Below are positions 1-14,032 of a stretch of DNA of 64,000 nt, one piece after another. The stretch's first letter is position 1. The number at the start of each line of letters is the position of its first letter. The translations under genes were made by a program, and so were the position numbers. The notes under the pieces are model-generated. The model was given only the letters and a program-made list of their open reading frames with translations, was not told the origin of the DNA and searched no databases. Source of the stretch: Takakia lepidozioides (lineage: Eukaryota; Plantae; Bryophyta); contig CM060732.1 of NCBI GenBank assembly GCA_030704615.1, positions 38,316,001 through 38,380,000 of the forward strand, in the 5' to 3' direction.

Positions 1-2176
1 GCTCAACGTTGCCAGGTTGTCATTACGAAGCTCAAGAAAAAACTTATCCACTGGAGCTCGATTTTTTTTGTCACTAGCTGGTAGGGCTCTTGTGGCCAAC
101 CAGGTCCTTCTCGCTTCGTTTTGGTATAAGCCTCGGTTTCTCCTGGTCTCCTGGCTCTGACATTATTAAGCAAGTGAAATCCCTGGGTTCGTAATTTCCT
201 ATGGGGTGCCACCCCGGCCTCCCCCTCCCGCAGAGCCTTGGTTAGCTAGGCTCAAATCACTCAGCCAAAAAAGTTTGGGGGTCTGGGAATATTAGACCCA
301 GCAACCCAGATCACTTCACTTTTAGCCAAGTGGGTCCCTCGAATGCTAATTCATGTCAACTCGCCTTGGAGTATGTTGGTCGATAGCATGTCATGTCGTC
401 GTCTCCTGTTGCAGGGCAATGGCCCTCTTCTCTCAGATGGCTGGTTCAAGGTACGCCCAACTCTAAAGGTATATGGCACGGATCTCAGGCCTGGCGCTCC
501 ATATGGAGTGCCTGGACCAAAATCCGGCCATTCTTGTATCAAAAAACACCATTGTCGATGGATGAGGCTCTTAGACAGCCTGTATTTCTGAACTACAATG
601 CAGACTCAGATCTCTTGATCAAGAACTCCAAGACATGGGCAGCCTGGGAATCCGCGGGCATCTCCCATTTCTCTCACTTTTGGGTAAATGGCTCCTTCTG
701 CTCTCCTTCTGAATTCATGCCAGCCTTTTCAAGTAGAAGAGTGGCTGCTCTGAGCACTATCTCTGGTAACATACCTGATTCCTGGGTTTCTCTTTGCCCT
801 CATCCAGTCAATAGGCTATCGCTCCCAGTCTGGCTTGGAGGTTCGTTGGGGCAATCACCTTTCGCTTTTTATGCCACTTGTAGGTCAGGGAACTCCCTCT
901 CGGGATGGAAATTCACTTCTGATTCTATGGGTAACCTGTCGGAGCCAGGACGGGCTTCCTTCCTAGAGAACTCCTTGTGTGCTACAAGAGTTTTCTGTCT
1001 GGTCTCGGGAGAAATCAACCTGACACGCCCAGTGGCGATTGCTCAATACTCTGGTTCGTACAGATGGTTTCTACAGGCACCCATTCAGCAACTCCAGTAC
1101 GTTTGACCCTGGTGAGTGGTCGTGGATGACCAAGACGCATGACCCGTTCTTCCGATTCTCATGAAGCCTCCAATGATGATGAATTCTAAGTGGGATGCAA
1201 AGTGGCTACATATAACCAGCCATGTGCTGCCATGGAAGTCCATATGGACAGATGTCTGGAGGAAGGTTAGAGCAGCGAAAATTGCGGGGTTCCTTTGGAA
1301 GATCGCCAACCGGATCTTGCTTGTCTCGGCTTATATTGCAGACCCTAACAATGCTTGTACTGCTTGCTTATCTCTATCTCCTGAAACTGTCGAGCACTGT
1401 TTGTTGTCTTGCGATGGACAGCCCTGTCCATGTCTGGAGAGAGGTGTTTTCCTTTTATTCTTTCTGGAACAAGCCTCCCCAAGCCCATCCGGCTGCTCTA
1501 CTGCTAAATGCAAGTGATACAGGGCTTGTAAGCACCTGCCCAGTATGGGCGGTTCTGAGGGCACACACCCTTTGGAATATGTGGAGACATAGATGCACCT
1601 GGTACTATGAAGCTAAAAAAGGCTGTGCCAAAGTTGTTTTGTTTGGGGTTCACTCAGACATGATGTCTGAGGCAAGAAAAGCTTGGGGTGTTGTGTGTGT
1701 AGCTCTTTCAAGATGCTCTCAGGCTAGAAGAGAACAACTTCTCTCTGGCTTTGATACCACCTGCGCAAAAGGTGGTCGACTGTGCAGGAGAATCTCGGAT
1801 TCCACCGTCAGGTGGAATGACACCCTCCCGCAGGGTTGGTAGTTCCATGAGCACCCGACTATCTCCTGTCGAGGAAGAAGACTCTGATACAAATTACCGT
1901 CACCGCAGAAGCTTCAGAAAAGGGAAGTCCAAAGCGCAACTCTCCTTCGAGCCTTCTTCTCGGAAGCGCAGAGTTCTCTGAGCTCTCTCATGCTTGCATT
2001 ACTCTAGAGAATTCCCTGGATTTGTCTCTACATTTGATCTTGGTTCATCCCTGGAATTTGATCGTAGTTTGTTCCCTGTAGTATCTGGTTACGGGGCGGC
2101 GTCCCTTTCATCAGCCTCCATGGCATGTCATTCAAGGTCTCTCTCGGACCTTTAAAAAAAAAAAAAAAAAAAAAAA
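1..2176 (+). mobile_element. 3' part of an L1-type LINE (ORF2 C-terminus, zf-RVT region, poly-A tail), degenerate
   Basis: GGLGILD..Q..SLLAKW post-RT motif near 275-340; zf-RVT-like WRKVRAAKIAGFLWKIANRIL..CTAC..ETVEHCLLSC (1161-1517); 23-nt poly-A at 2154-2176; stops and frameshifts. Confidence 0.88.
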
Positions 2177-5100
2177 TCCTCTTCAGAGAACTATGACTAT
2201 TGGTGGAGAACGTCTCATTCTCAACTTTGGTTTCAAAGATTCGACAGGTCTGAGAACTAAATGCCGGCTTCTATCATGACCACTTATTTATTCCATCATG
2301 ATAATAAATCGGAGATGGTTTACCCAACTTCATATTGAAGGAAAAATGAAGTTAGATTTTCGTCCTTCGTCACTGTGGAACGGTCCAGGTGGAATCGGAA
2401 CAATTCATAGTTAGCCTTAGGGTTTGGCTATTTCTGAAGTTGTCGGGCTTCGGGCTTCCGCACCTTCGCAGCGAGAGTCATCGGTGGTACATGGGGATTG
2501 CGTGTTTGTTGGAGTGAGTGTCTATCTGTGTGTGTCGTTTTCGGGAGATGGTGGTCGTTGAGGAAGTCGAAGAGAACAGGGCTGATTCTTTGTTCTAGGA
2601 AGATTTTCGGTCCTAACCATCGAAAGCAAGGCCCACCGTTGGGATCACGATTTCCTTTGTGTGTAAGTGAATTTGCTGTGAAAGTTGACGATATACAAAA
2701 GTAAAGCTTACCAAAGGAACGTTTGTTGCGGGAGTTGTTCGTATTTGGTACTGGTGGTCAGGTCGTGACTCCCTATTATGTTCAGGGGATTTATTCACTT
2801 GGCTTCAGTTTCTGCAATGCTGGAATTGTGTGATTGGAGGTTCTAATTTCTGTCATAATGGTGGTATTGATGAAAATGTATGGATGCCATTGCTGTGATC
2901 GCACGAAGCGTAAAGTTGGGTTTCTGTGAACGAAATAAAAAACCCACAATCAAGGTTGCGTTAACGCAACTTTGATTATGCTATGGATTTCAATCGCCTC
3001 TTTCAGGAGGTCGAATGGTCGAATGGTCGCCTCTTTCGCTGAAAAGGTCGAATGGTTTCCCTTGGAGAGGTGTGCGAGAGAATTCCCCAGCTATTAAAAG
3101 ACTGATTATCATCAACAAATACAAGGCTTCGAACTGTTTGAATTGATTGTTAGTAAATTGTGTAGACATTGAAGTGTGATCAAGGTGTTGTTGATTGAAT
3201 TGATTGCTTTTTAAAGACGTGGAAAAAACAGTTTTCTCGCACTAGATCAACTCATCATGGTACAAGCCAACCCGCTATTGCTGCAACCTTTGATGTCGTG
3301 GAACAATCAATATGGAGTCCAAAAATTCTATTGATGCCTAGCAATGGTCATCACATTTTACAACCTTCTCTCCAAAAATCTTTTATTGAAGAATCGGCGT
3401 ATCTTAAGAGCATGTCCTCCACTCATAAGGGAAGTTGCAAAAGGGTGCACCACTGCATGGTACCCATACTTGGTGCATCTCCCACGCAGTTACCACATTG
3501 CGGCCAACTATACTTCACTTCATACTTCAGGTATGAATCCTTGCACTCGAGCTTTGTAGTACATGCAATAAGCCATTTTGTTGTTAGCCATTTTTGAAAG
3601 CTTATCATTCCACTAAAGAAGTGAGAAACGTCTTCAGTGTCCACAAACAGATCATATCAGCTCCAACAGTCGCTTCACAAGCATTAGTTGGCGCTGCTTG
3701 ATCTGAAGAGCAAGGAACCATACGACCTGAATTGGAGGCTTTTGTGGAGTCAGTTTCTTCCATAGAAAAGTTTCCCAATCAAAGGGCTTCACCTTGCGAA
3801 GAAAACCTTAGATTTGAGGGATGGAAGATTGCAGTAGAATGGCGACTAGGTTATAAACGAATATTTGACCACTGCATCTCTTAGTGTTCTCATATACTAA
3901 GGGATCACATTATGACAATATCTGAGTGAGCATTCAACATACAAGTTCCTTTATTTTGCTACTTCTGCCTGCAAGGACATGGTTCCGAAGTAATTCGTAA
4001 TTTCAGGACCTTGAGGCAAGGACAATGTGTGAGGGATGGTTGTTTGGATAATATCAGATATTTCTCCTTTTCTACTATGCCCATCATGTGGAAAGTTCTG
4101 CCATTGCAGCTTGGAGATGATTGTGGAAGAGCACAGACACTAAATTTTATGAACAGTGCAAGAATTTACAAATCTGGTGTTTGAGTATTATGGAACATCT
4201 TCAGCACCCTCACTTATAAGCTTGTTGTTGCTTGAACTTTCAATATGATACAGTTTTGATTTGTGGGGTTGTGGCTCAGAAGTTAGTGGAATGCACAGCA
4301 GTGGTGGTTACAGACAGAGAGGAAGTGTATTGCAGCTGGAGGTAGAGACAGTTTGAATAGTCATGTGAAGATCAGAAGTTATGCGAAGTTGTCCAGGGAT
4401 CTGCAGTTCTCGAGTTGTTGGCCAATTTGGCGGGAAATACTCGTAACTTTTGAACTTCGAAGATAGGTAGCCAGAAGGTTTCCTGCTCTTGCGATTCTAG
4501 GTGCCGCATTTGTAGAGTGATGCATGGATAGTTCTGAGTGAGTTTGGTTAGTTCTGATTCAACAACTTGTTGGATCCTCGTGTGCACAGGTTTGAGTGCG
4601 CGTGGGGTTGGGATTTGTTGTGAAGAAAGTGGAAAGAGGAAGAAAAATGGAAACAGGGGAGGCTTGAGCGAAGGCACTGTATGTCTACCTTGTGAAGTCG
4701 TGCCAAGGAATTTCAGTTTCACATGCTTCTGTTATCATCACAGGTTTTTGTTTTTTCTTTCTATACTACTGCCTTTGAGGAATGCTCCACCCTGTTTAAC
4801 ACAAATATGCATTGCAATTCCATAGGCCCCCAAAAATGAACATGGAAAACCATAAGGAAGATCATCATCCTCAGAAGTATAAGGAGTATGAAGTAGAAAA
4901 TTTACAAAACTCCCTTGAACAATAATTTGTGAGCTCATGTGAGTTTTGCGAACTTATCCCTTTCATATACTATTTGCTTCCAAGGATTAAGAATTTTCTT
5001 ATGGCTTGTCATGTTCATTTTAGGGTCTTGTGAGTTGTGATGCCTCCACCTATACTCTTGAACGAATGAAAACATGGGTTTGAAAAATGGCATTAAAGGA

Positions 5101-5432
5101 TAACTCTGTTGTAAGTACGTTACTTGGATCTAATCTATGTAGTGTAGTAGCATATGGCTTATAATCTGAACAATAACAAAAAACCACTACACTTTTAAAC
5201 TCAAGCACCATATACAATATCATATTAAAATTTTCGTTCAAAATGAATGTTGTAGTACGTAAGTGTTGCTCATGGAGGTCTTAAGTATTGCTTGTACTCT
5301 AACCTATGTTGATTATCACAGGAGGGACTAGGTACAGTAATGAGAGATCTCAAAATTGGACATTACAGGAGGTGGCTGTGTCTACTTCCTCACGAGTGGC
5401 TGCAAGCGCTTGATGTGTATTAGAAACCTTAA

Positions 5433-6330
5433 CCCTTAAGTGCTTGAACTCATTTTCACCTTTGGTGGAAAATTTGAACCTGGCCCACAAAAACTTTTTT
5501 ATCTAGAGATCCTCTGTGTCCCTGTAAAACTGACAGTTGGAATTACTTCCCACCTACCCCACCTCCTACCACAAAAAGTTTCATCAAAATCCAACTGCCA
5601 GATCTGCAGATTATAAAGTGTAGAGTGGGGAAAAAAAAAAATCTTCACTAAGAAATAGGTGAAAAAAAAAAACAGTTTGTTCTTAGAGTCTCAAGAATAT
5701 TGTTCCATACCTGATAACACACATCCTCAAAAATTTTCAGTTTTTTCTGAAATGTTCTCAGGTGGGCTCCTTTGTAGTGACAAATTGGGGGGTCAAATTA
5801 TGCCATTTTCTTTGGGCAGGCCAAAATCTCTCTTCCAAGTATTCTACAAAACATTTCAACTGTTCAATTCCTAATCCCTCCGGTTGAAGTGTCAAGGGCA
5901 TCCATGGGAGGTCACCAAAAAAATTGAGACCAATCTGTAAATGCCATTGCATCTTAGGTTCTTGCCCAAGACTTCAAATGGCACACCTATGTTATAGCCA
6001 GGAGCCTAGGATATTTGGAGCCATAGCCCACAAGGGTAGCGGGTTTGGGAGCTCCTATCACTACCCGGCCCCTACTTTCTTGGCCACTCTCAACCCTATG
6101 AAACCCCCGCCCTAGGTTCGGCCCACCCCTCATAATGAGGGGTTTTGGACTTTCCCACCCCACATATGTATGGCTTACCCGTCACCGGGAATGCATCCCG
6201 GGTTTTGCAGATGAAGGTGATTTCACCCTTTAGCAAGAGGCTATTGGGCGCCGCTTACAGAATATTCTACCTAAACTAATAGCATCTCTTTAAACTTGTG
6301 GGCAATTCACCATGGACCCTAGCACTTAGA
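5433..6330. mobile_element. Probable degraded piggyBac-type non-autonomous element (left end only clear)
   Basis: TTAA|CCCTTAAGT at 5429-5441 matches the left end of the 14033-14860 element; only a partial reverse match (GCACTTAG) near 6322; right boundary uncertain. Confidence 0.35.
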
Positions 6331-6849
6331 ACGGTATCTATGGAACCACCCCCTCATGATTTGGAGGGGCGATTCCATCTTGGGGCGGTTGGGAGTACCA
6401 ATGGAACCTAAACCCTCCAAATGAGATTGGATAGCATTTGAGCGTTTTTTTTTATGATGTCCCTGCACACTGAGGGTTTTAATTTTTTACTTTCATTCAA
6501 TCAAAGTAAGATTTGCTATCTGCTTAAAATATACGTATAGACTATAGACCTGCATATAATTGAGCATATTAACATAGCAATACCCTATGTCCACCTATGA
6601 CTTTGCATTTCCATCTGCAAAGATACTAATCCTATAATCTAAACTTGTGCTCCCGCTGGGCCTTTTTCCCTATTAAGTTTTGAAATAAAAGAGATTAGAG
6701 TTTGGAGGGGGCTTGGTAACGTCTGAGCATAAGTTCCACATCTGGAAACTTGCTGAGAAGGGATCATATTTTGTGACATCTCTTTTATCACAGTTTCTTT
6801 TTGCTCTTTTTTTTTAAACAGGGGACAGAGTCCCTCGAAGTATTTATTT

Positions 6850-6986
6850 GGACCAGCCTCTCACTGTGGTAGAGAAGAGAATTCATCTTGCTCCTCCACA
6901 TCATGCAATAGGAAGGGGGTGTCAGCCACATACCCAACCACCTTCTGCACAGACAATCTCTCCAACTCACCATGGATTTCCTTGAT
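6850..6986 (-). pseudogene. Relic E+/DYW-domain start downstream of the PPR stop
   Basis: After HP*(TAG) the frame continues IKEIHGELERLSVQKVVGYVADTPFLLHDVEEQ, then LYHSERL in a shifted frame; no CxxC or DYW end seen. Confidence 0.8.
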
Positions 6987-9920
6987 CTATGGGTGCGATT
7001 GGTCGTCAACAAAGAATGTGTGCGCATGTTTGTCTACCTCAATGTGGCAGCACCCCGGTGTCCTTTTGACACTTGTTTTCTCCATTATTTTTCTCACCTT
7101 TGCTGTATCACCCCACCTGCCAGCAACAGCGTAGATGTTTGATAGCAGCACATAAGTTGCATCATCGAGTGGATCTTTGAGAAGGGATTTTGCCACACGT
7201 TCTGCTACGTCCACATAGCCATGAGTTCTGCAGGCACCAAGCAAGGCCACCCATACTGCAGCATCTGGTTCAAAGGGCATTTTGTTAATGAATTCCTCTG
7301 CCTCATCCAATCCCCCTGCACGGCCAAGAAGATCCACCATGCAGCTGAAATGTTCCATTGTAGGAGTGAGGCCATGATCTCGACTCATGGATTTGAAGTA
7401 ATGACAGCCTTCATCTACTAGCCCCACATGGCTACATGCAGAAAGAACACATATAAAGCTGATGCCATCCGGCTTCAGGCCTTCCTGTTGCATTTGCTCA
7501 AATAATTGCAGGGCCTCCCTACCACACCCATGCTGAGCATATGCTGTGATCATTGCACTCCAAGAGACCAGATTTCGCTCAGCGCTATTGTCAAACACTT
7601 GGCGTGCATTCGTCACATTCCCACATTTGGCATACATGTTAGCAAGGGCAGTTTCCAGAATGATATCTGGCCCAATTCCAGATTTGATAATGTCAGCATG
7701 GACCTTTCGGCCCTTTTCCAGGGCTGTCAGGCTGGCACATGCTTTGAGAACAGAGATGAACGTGACCTTATCGGGCACAACCCCTTCCTGTATCATTTGT
7801 TCATACATCTCAAGAGCCTCCCTACCACACCCATGTTGAGCATATCCTGCGATCATAGCACTCCATAAGACCACATTTGGCTTCAAGCCTTCCTGTTGCA
7901 TTTGTTCAAATAGTTTCAGGGCCTCCCTACCACACCCCTGCTGAGCATATCCTGCGATCATTGCACTCCATGCTACCACATCTCGTTGAGAAATGGAGTC
8001 AAACACTTTGCGTGCATCGTTCATGCTCCCACACTTGGCATACATGTCAGTAAGGGCAGTCTCCAGGATGACATCTGGCGTAAGTCCACCTTTGATGATG
8101 TCAGCATGAACCTCTCGGCCCTTTTCCAGGGCTGCCAGGCTGGCACATGCACTCAGAACACAAATAAATGTGACTTTATCGGGCATCACCCCTTCCTGTA
8201 ACATTTGCTCATACATCTCAAGAGTCTCCTTTTCACACCCATGCTGAGCATATCCTGCAATCAAAGCATTCCATGACTCCACGTTTGGTTTCAAGCCTTC
8301 CTGTTGCATTTGTTCAAATAGTTGCAGCGCCTCCCTACCACACCCATGGTGCGCATATCCTGCGATCATGGCACTCCAAGCGGCCACATCTCGCTCAACT
8401 ATATTGTCAAATACTTGACGCGCACCCTTCGCACTCCCACATTTGGCATACATGTTAACGAGCACAGTCTCCAAACTGATATTTTGCCCAATCCCAGATT
8501 TGATGATGTCAGCGTGGATCTCTTTGCCCTTTTCCAGGGTCACCAGGGTGGCACACGCATTAAGAACACAAATATACGTAACCTTGTCTGGTGCCAAACC
8601 TTCCTTTCTCAACTGCTCATACATCACCAAAGCCTCCTCACCACACCCATGCTGAGCATATCCTGCAATCATCATATTCCATGAGACTACATTCCGTTGA
8701 GCCATATTGTCAAACACTTGCCGTGCATCCTTCATGCTTCCGCATTTGGCATACATGTTACTTAGGGCAGTCTCCAGAATAATATCTGGCGCGATTCCAG
8801 CTTTGATGATATCAGCATGGACCTCTTTGCCCTTTATTAGGGCTGACAGGCTGGCACATGCATTTAGAATGCAAATGAACGTGACTTTGTCCCGAGGCAC
8901 CCCTTCCCAGGCCATTTGGTCATAGATTTCGAAAGCCTCCATACCACAACCATGCTGAGCATATCCTGTGATCATCACGTTCCATGAGGTTACATCTCGC
9001 TTAGCCATATTGTCAAACACTTGGCGTGCATCTTTTATGCTCCCGCATTTAGCATACATGTCAAGGAAAGTATTCTCCAAAAAGACGTCTGGCAAGATCC
9101 CAGCTTGTACAATATCAGCATGGACCTTTTCCAGAGCTGCCAGGCTCGCACACACCTTGAGAATGCAAATGAATGTTACGCTGTTGGGCAATACCCGTTC
9201 CTGTATCATTTGCTCATAGATCTCAAAAGCCTCCCTGACATACCCATGCTGAGCATATCCTGTGATCATTGTGTTCCATGAGACAACATTTCTTGCACCC
9301 ATAGTGTCAAACAATTGGCGTGCATCCTTTATGCTCCCGCATTTGGCATACATCGCAATAAGGGCAGTGTGCAGAATAATATCTGGAGCAATTCCAGCTT
9401 TGATGATGTCATGATGGACCTCTATGCCCCTTTCCAGGGTCGCCAAGCTGGCGCACGCCTTGAGAACACAAATGAACGTGACTCTATTGGGCGTCACTCC
9501 TTCACGTCTCATTTGCTCATAGATCTTGAAGGCCTCCCCGCCATACCCATGCTTGGCATATCCTGCCATCATTATATTCCACGTGAACAAATCTCGTTCA
9601 GGCATTTTGTCAAACACGCGGCGTGCATCCACCACGCTGCCGCACTTGGCATGCATGTTCACAATGCGGTTGAGTAGAAAGACGTTTGGCTTGAATCTAC
9701 TTTGGATAATGTGGGCATGCACCTGCTTACCTTCTGCTAGGCCTTTCATCTTGATGCACTCCTGTAAAAGACAAATGTAAGTATCGGAAATCACAAAATA
9801 TTTCCTTGGTTCAACATGTTCAATGCCTCTTGTAGTTGTCCTGCCTCACAGAGTGTCCTCACATCACCAGCAGAAGTGCCAGAAGAGATCTTGTTGACTC
9901 CCACAAGAGGCATTGAAAAT
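6987..9920 (-). CDS. PLS-class pentatricopeptide repeat protein with E/E+ domains (organellar RNA-editing factor type); apparent N-terminal frameshift and decayed DYW tail
   Basis: 935-aa ORF of repeated P-L-S triplets (VSWNxMIAGYAQHG / VTFICVLxACASL / ETALxxMYAKCG); E motif PDAAVWVALLGACRTHG and TYVLLSNIYA; PG box KRTPGCCHIEV; N-terminal VRTLCEAGQLQEAL is in another frame, shift at ~9795. Confidence 0.93.
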
Positions 9921-10537
9921 GTTGAATGCCTCTTGTAGTTGCAAAATCCAATGTAAAACATAACACATTTATTATGCAACAAGTAGAGAAAGTAAGGAAG
10001 GCAATAAACGGACCTTAGGAGGTTTGTAGTTACTGTCAGAATGAGAGAGGGGCACCATGCGTTCATCCACCCAGAATACGTGCCATCTCTCCCACCCAAT
10101 GTTGCTGACGTGTGGCGTCTCAGCCAGCAGCGCTAGTGCCTGCACCCACCTTAAAGAAGGTCAGCTACATGGGTCATGCACTACTTCAACATCCTACATT
10201 AATCGTCAGCCCAATCCCTGGACATTAAATACCAAACTTCCGACACATATGGTACAAAGGGTAGGCTCAAGTCCCCCTTATTGTACCAAATGACCATATT
10301 TAAGAGTGAATTGTGGTAGGTTCAGCACAACTTTTGAAACTAAACATGAAGATAAGATGTGGATTTGCATTACATGGACTCTTGGACAATCTGAAGTCTA
10401 TGAAATCAGTGACAGGAGAGGAAGGAGCCTAGGAACGGATGGAGAGACGGAAAAAGACAGCTTTTAGACTGAAGTTCTCCAATCAGCTATAATGTTTGGA
10501 CATATCTATGCTAACCACAACTGCAAGTCTCCCATAC

Positions 10538-11094
10538 CTTCACAAGAGAACCTCCTGACAAAACAATGGTGAAATATCCCCCTGTGCGTATTCCTTCTTT
10601 CGATAACAGAACCACTTGATTGGCTACAGCATCTGAGACCCCAGATCCACTGTCATAGACCAAGAGAGAGGCCCCTGGATAAGAGATACTGGAACAAATG
10701 GGCACCCCGTGGCTTCTCTTCGTTCCCACTGGTCTCCACTTCCCCATTGTCTTGATGGAGCCCATTCAGAACCTGCCTTGTCTCTGTCTTCTTCTCCCTG
10801 CAATGAAGCTCTTCGCCAGTGTTTGAAAACAAATGAAGAAAGCCCATATGCCTGTCCAGAGAAATTTAAAAATGCCGCTGCCGTTGAGTATACTTGGATG
10901 ATCGAACTGCCAGCGTCTGATTGGCGACCTGCCGCCGAAGCATCACCAGCTCTCTTCTTAGGGGGGCGCCCCGTCAGTTTACTTTCCTGTTCTAGAGAGG
11001 CCTTGGCCGCGGCCTTTCCATTTTGAAGAGTTGATAGCTTAAGGAAGGGAAAACACAGAGTGATGAAGCTCGGACTTACCCGTATCCGAGTCAA
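10538..11094 (-). pseudogene. PGL: 6-phosphogluconolactonase first-exon fragment with N-terminal extension, frameshifted
   Basis: LLVYDSGSGVSDAVANQVVLLSKEGIRTGGYFTIVLSGGSLVK resembles the plant 6PGL N-terminus (FTVxLSGGSL); ends at an AAG|GTATGG donor; downstream exons not found. Confidence 0.65.
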
Positions 11095-14032
11095 AGGATA
11101 TTTGTGGGTTGAGGAGCCGACCTACAACACAACTTGCGAGTCAAATCTCTTGTCAAGATCTCTTTGCAATGTTGGCCCATGAAGAGAACAAACCGAAATT
11201 TTTCGGGGGAGGAGAGGAGCAAAGAGAGTTGCTCGGGAGATTATATTTCAACTGCAATTTCTGTGAGAAAACATGACACCTGCAACACCGCAGACAGACT
11301 TCCGCCACTAATACCTACGCAAAAACAGACAACTTCACATAGAGGGACTCAAACCTGCATCTGGCATTGGGTAGGTGTTTGCGGTCAGAGAGGAACCTGC
11401 GACGGCAAACATGAAGAAGGAGCAGTGAGGGAACCGCAGGTATAGCCGAGCGTGTGAGTGCCATTCAGAGCACTGCTCCAACACCACGCTTTCTGTTTCC
11501 GCAACACAACGCTGGACTGCACCATGAATCGCCGATGTTGTTCTTCCATACTCCCTAGATTGCTGCGTCCATCATTCCTCTTCTACAACCTAAAGCTTTT
11601 CAGGTTTTCATCTCTCTCTCCCCCATGTGAAGATGGTATGCCTCGGTAGGCTAAGTATATAGATTTACCAAATGAGCACTTCCATTTTTAACAAGACATA
11701 TGTTGGTAGCAAGGAATGTAATCAGGTAATTTAAAAGCAATAAATACAGGTTTATGGTCCGTCCAATATGCTTATATAATGACACATATGCAGTGTTGGT
11801 GAGGTGCATTTGTCCAAACACGGTCTAGTTGAGATCCATAGATAGTAGTACTAATTTTTATTTCTTTACAAGAAAAGAAACACATGGGAGGAACAGCTCA
11901 CAAATCAGGCCCCTCGATGGTGAGAGGAGAAAATAACCTCTAAATGAGAATTGTAGTTGCATGTGAAAAGAAGACATGAATTTTTGCAATTGATCTGTTA
12001 TTACGGTATTATTACGATATTATTTTGTAAAAGATCTACATTAAAATTCCCTATTATTATTGTTGGACATGTATGTGGGATATTATCAATAAGTTTTTTG
12101 AGAGAAGATAAGAAAACAGTTAATTGTAGTGTTGGAGGTTTATAGATCGAAATTATATGAATTGTTTTCCTAATATTCAAATTAAATGTTGCAACTATAT
12201 ATGCAGCACCTTCATTTGAAAATATTTGATTTGATGTTGATGACATAGTATAGTCGTATAATACAAGTGTTCCATGGCTTGCATGAACCACTAGATAAGA
12301 GTACATTGTAGTATTAAAGTCGGAATATATAAAGTCAGAAATAATAATACATTTCTCACTTCAATCAATTTATTATCAATGACATGTAATTCTCTATAAG
12401 ATTTGAGAATGAGAAGTAATAGCTTCCAACGAGCAGAAGTGCGAAGCCGTTGCATTTCGTCGGCAACGCCATTATCAACATGCAAATTGTTTGATTGCAA
12501 AGGTGTGATAAGATATAAATTTTCTTTTTGTTGAATGCAAGAAAGTGCTAGCTGTGAATAGTACTGCGCGATTGAAGCAAACCACGACAATTATCTTGAA
12601 ATTACAACTGGGAGAAAACGGATCAATCTAAAGTGCAACAACGATGTCGGATTCAACAAACAATGTAGCAAATCGAGGAGCGATCGGAGACCTAAGTGAA
12701 AATAGCTCTGAATTAGAGCTGGACAGATCAAAGGCTGTCAAGGAATTTGAGATTCTGCTCGCTTAGAAACAGACATGCATGCACGATATTGATAGTTTCG
12801 AAGCAATGTACACATGTTCGGTCGCAAACAATCAGTTTGAAGCTCCTGTAAGTTCAACATGTGCGTGCAAGAATACTATCATTCTGGGGCCTTGGCCCTT
12901 GGACGAGGAAACACAAAATTAATGTCCTGCTGTTAAGGCAGGGATATGGGCAAAGTTCAAACCTTCTAGATAGTACAATAGCATGTATGTGGCTAGATAG
13001 TACACGGGGGAAGCTTTGTCCAAATCGGTAAAGAGGGAGACAGAGACGTCCGGAAAGATTATGTAGTCTAAAAGGGAATATGCAGGCCTTTGAATCCTGA
13101 AAGAAGCAACAAAATACCTGCACCACTTCCCATTTGCAACAGCACATTTTTCCTGTAACTATGTTCTTCAAAGAACTTAGAACTTGCTGGAGTGTTACAT
13201 GGGATTCAGTGTGTATTTGATGCTTTACAACATTTTCTGGCAGTCCGGATGGGTAAGCAGTTGATGTGAATGCTCTTGAGGCAAGGTAAGTAAGTTCTAT
13301 TTCATGATGCCTCAGGATCGTTCCCTGCTCCTCTCTCTGAATACGTCTGCTTTAATCTCACGGAGCAGCTAATTGAAGGCCTGTGTCTGGTAGATCAGGG
13401 CAATTCCTGATGTAATTGACCTCCTTCAATGGGTCTATGAGGATAAAATTATCGGCTGGACAGTTGATCTTCTTGGGTGCAAAATGGAAGCAGGGATAGC
13501 TGGAAACACTGAGCCAACATGGATTATTATGCCAAGGTTTGAGATGAAAGGGAGTTAACTTTGGATAATTTAGTGTTCGGCCCTAAGGCTGTAAACAAAC
13601 ATTGTCTAAATTGCGATGGATAGTTCGAGCGGAAGCCAATTGAATGGGAAATTGGGTTCTGGTGATGATATGTTTCGTATTAGATCCTATTTGTATTTCT
13701 TTTTAAACTGGTTGTATTGGCGTCCACAACGAACAATTTGGTATGTTTTTCATATTCTCTTGATTATAGAAATATTTATTTTTGCACGCGTAGCAATGAT
13801 TTCGGATTATTAAATTAGATCCATATTAAAATAGTTGAATTTGACAAAACAGAGAAATATTTAAAAATTCCATCGGCTCCGGTCACAAGTCCATCATGTA
13901 TTGCATAATTTCCTACGAACAATTCTATTAACATATCTTTCTTAACATGAATCGTTGTATACAAACCTGCTGTGGCATTGGCATTATCCAGCAACTTGAA
14001 ATTACAAAGACATGTATCACGATGTTTATTAA

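Noticed and set aside
2948-2977. ~30-bp near-perfect palindrome AATCAAGGTTGCGTTAACGCAACTTTGATT
   Set aside because: Single occurrence with no TSD or partner; probably a TE remnant, no function supportable
3200-3750. Possible KDZ/CxC-type transposase relic (PQCG..GDAPSMG)
   Set aside because: Too degenerate to support by eye; needs a profile search
6987-6989. PPR stop codon repaired by U-to-C editing
   Set aside because: Such editing is organellar, and the downstream DYW relic is also frameshifted and truncated
7221-9780. Many plus-strand ORFs over the PPR gene
   Set aside because: Antisense shadows of the repetitive PPR frame
12590-13600. Higher-GC insert inside the Helentron helicase
   Set aside because: No termini, TSD or protein motif recognised
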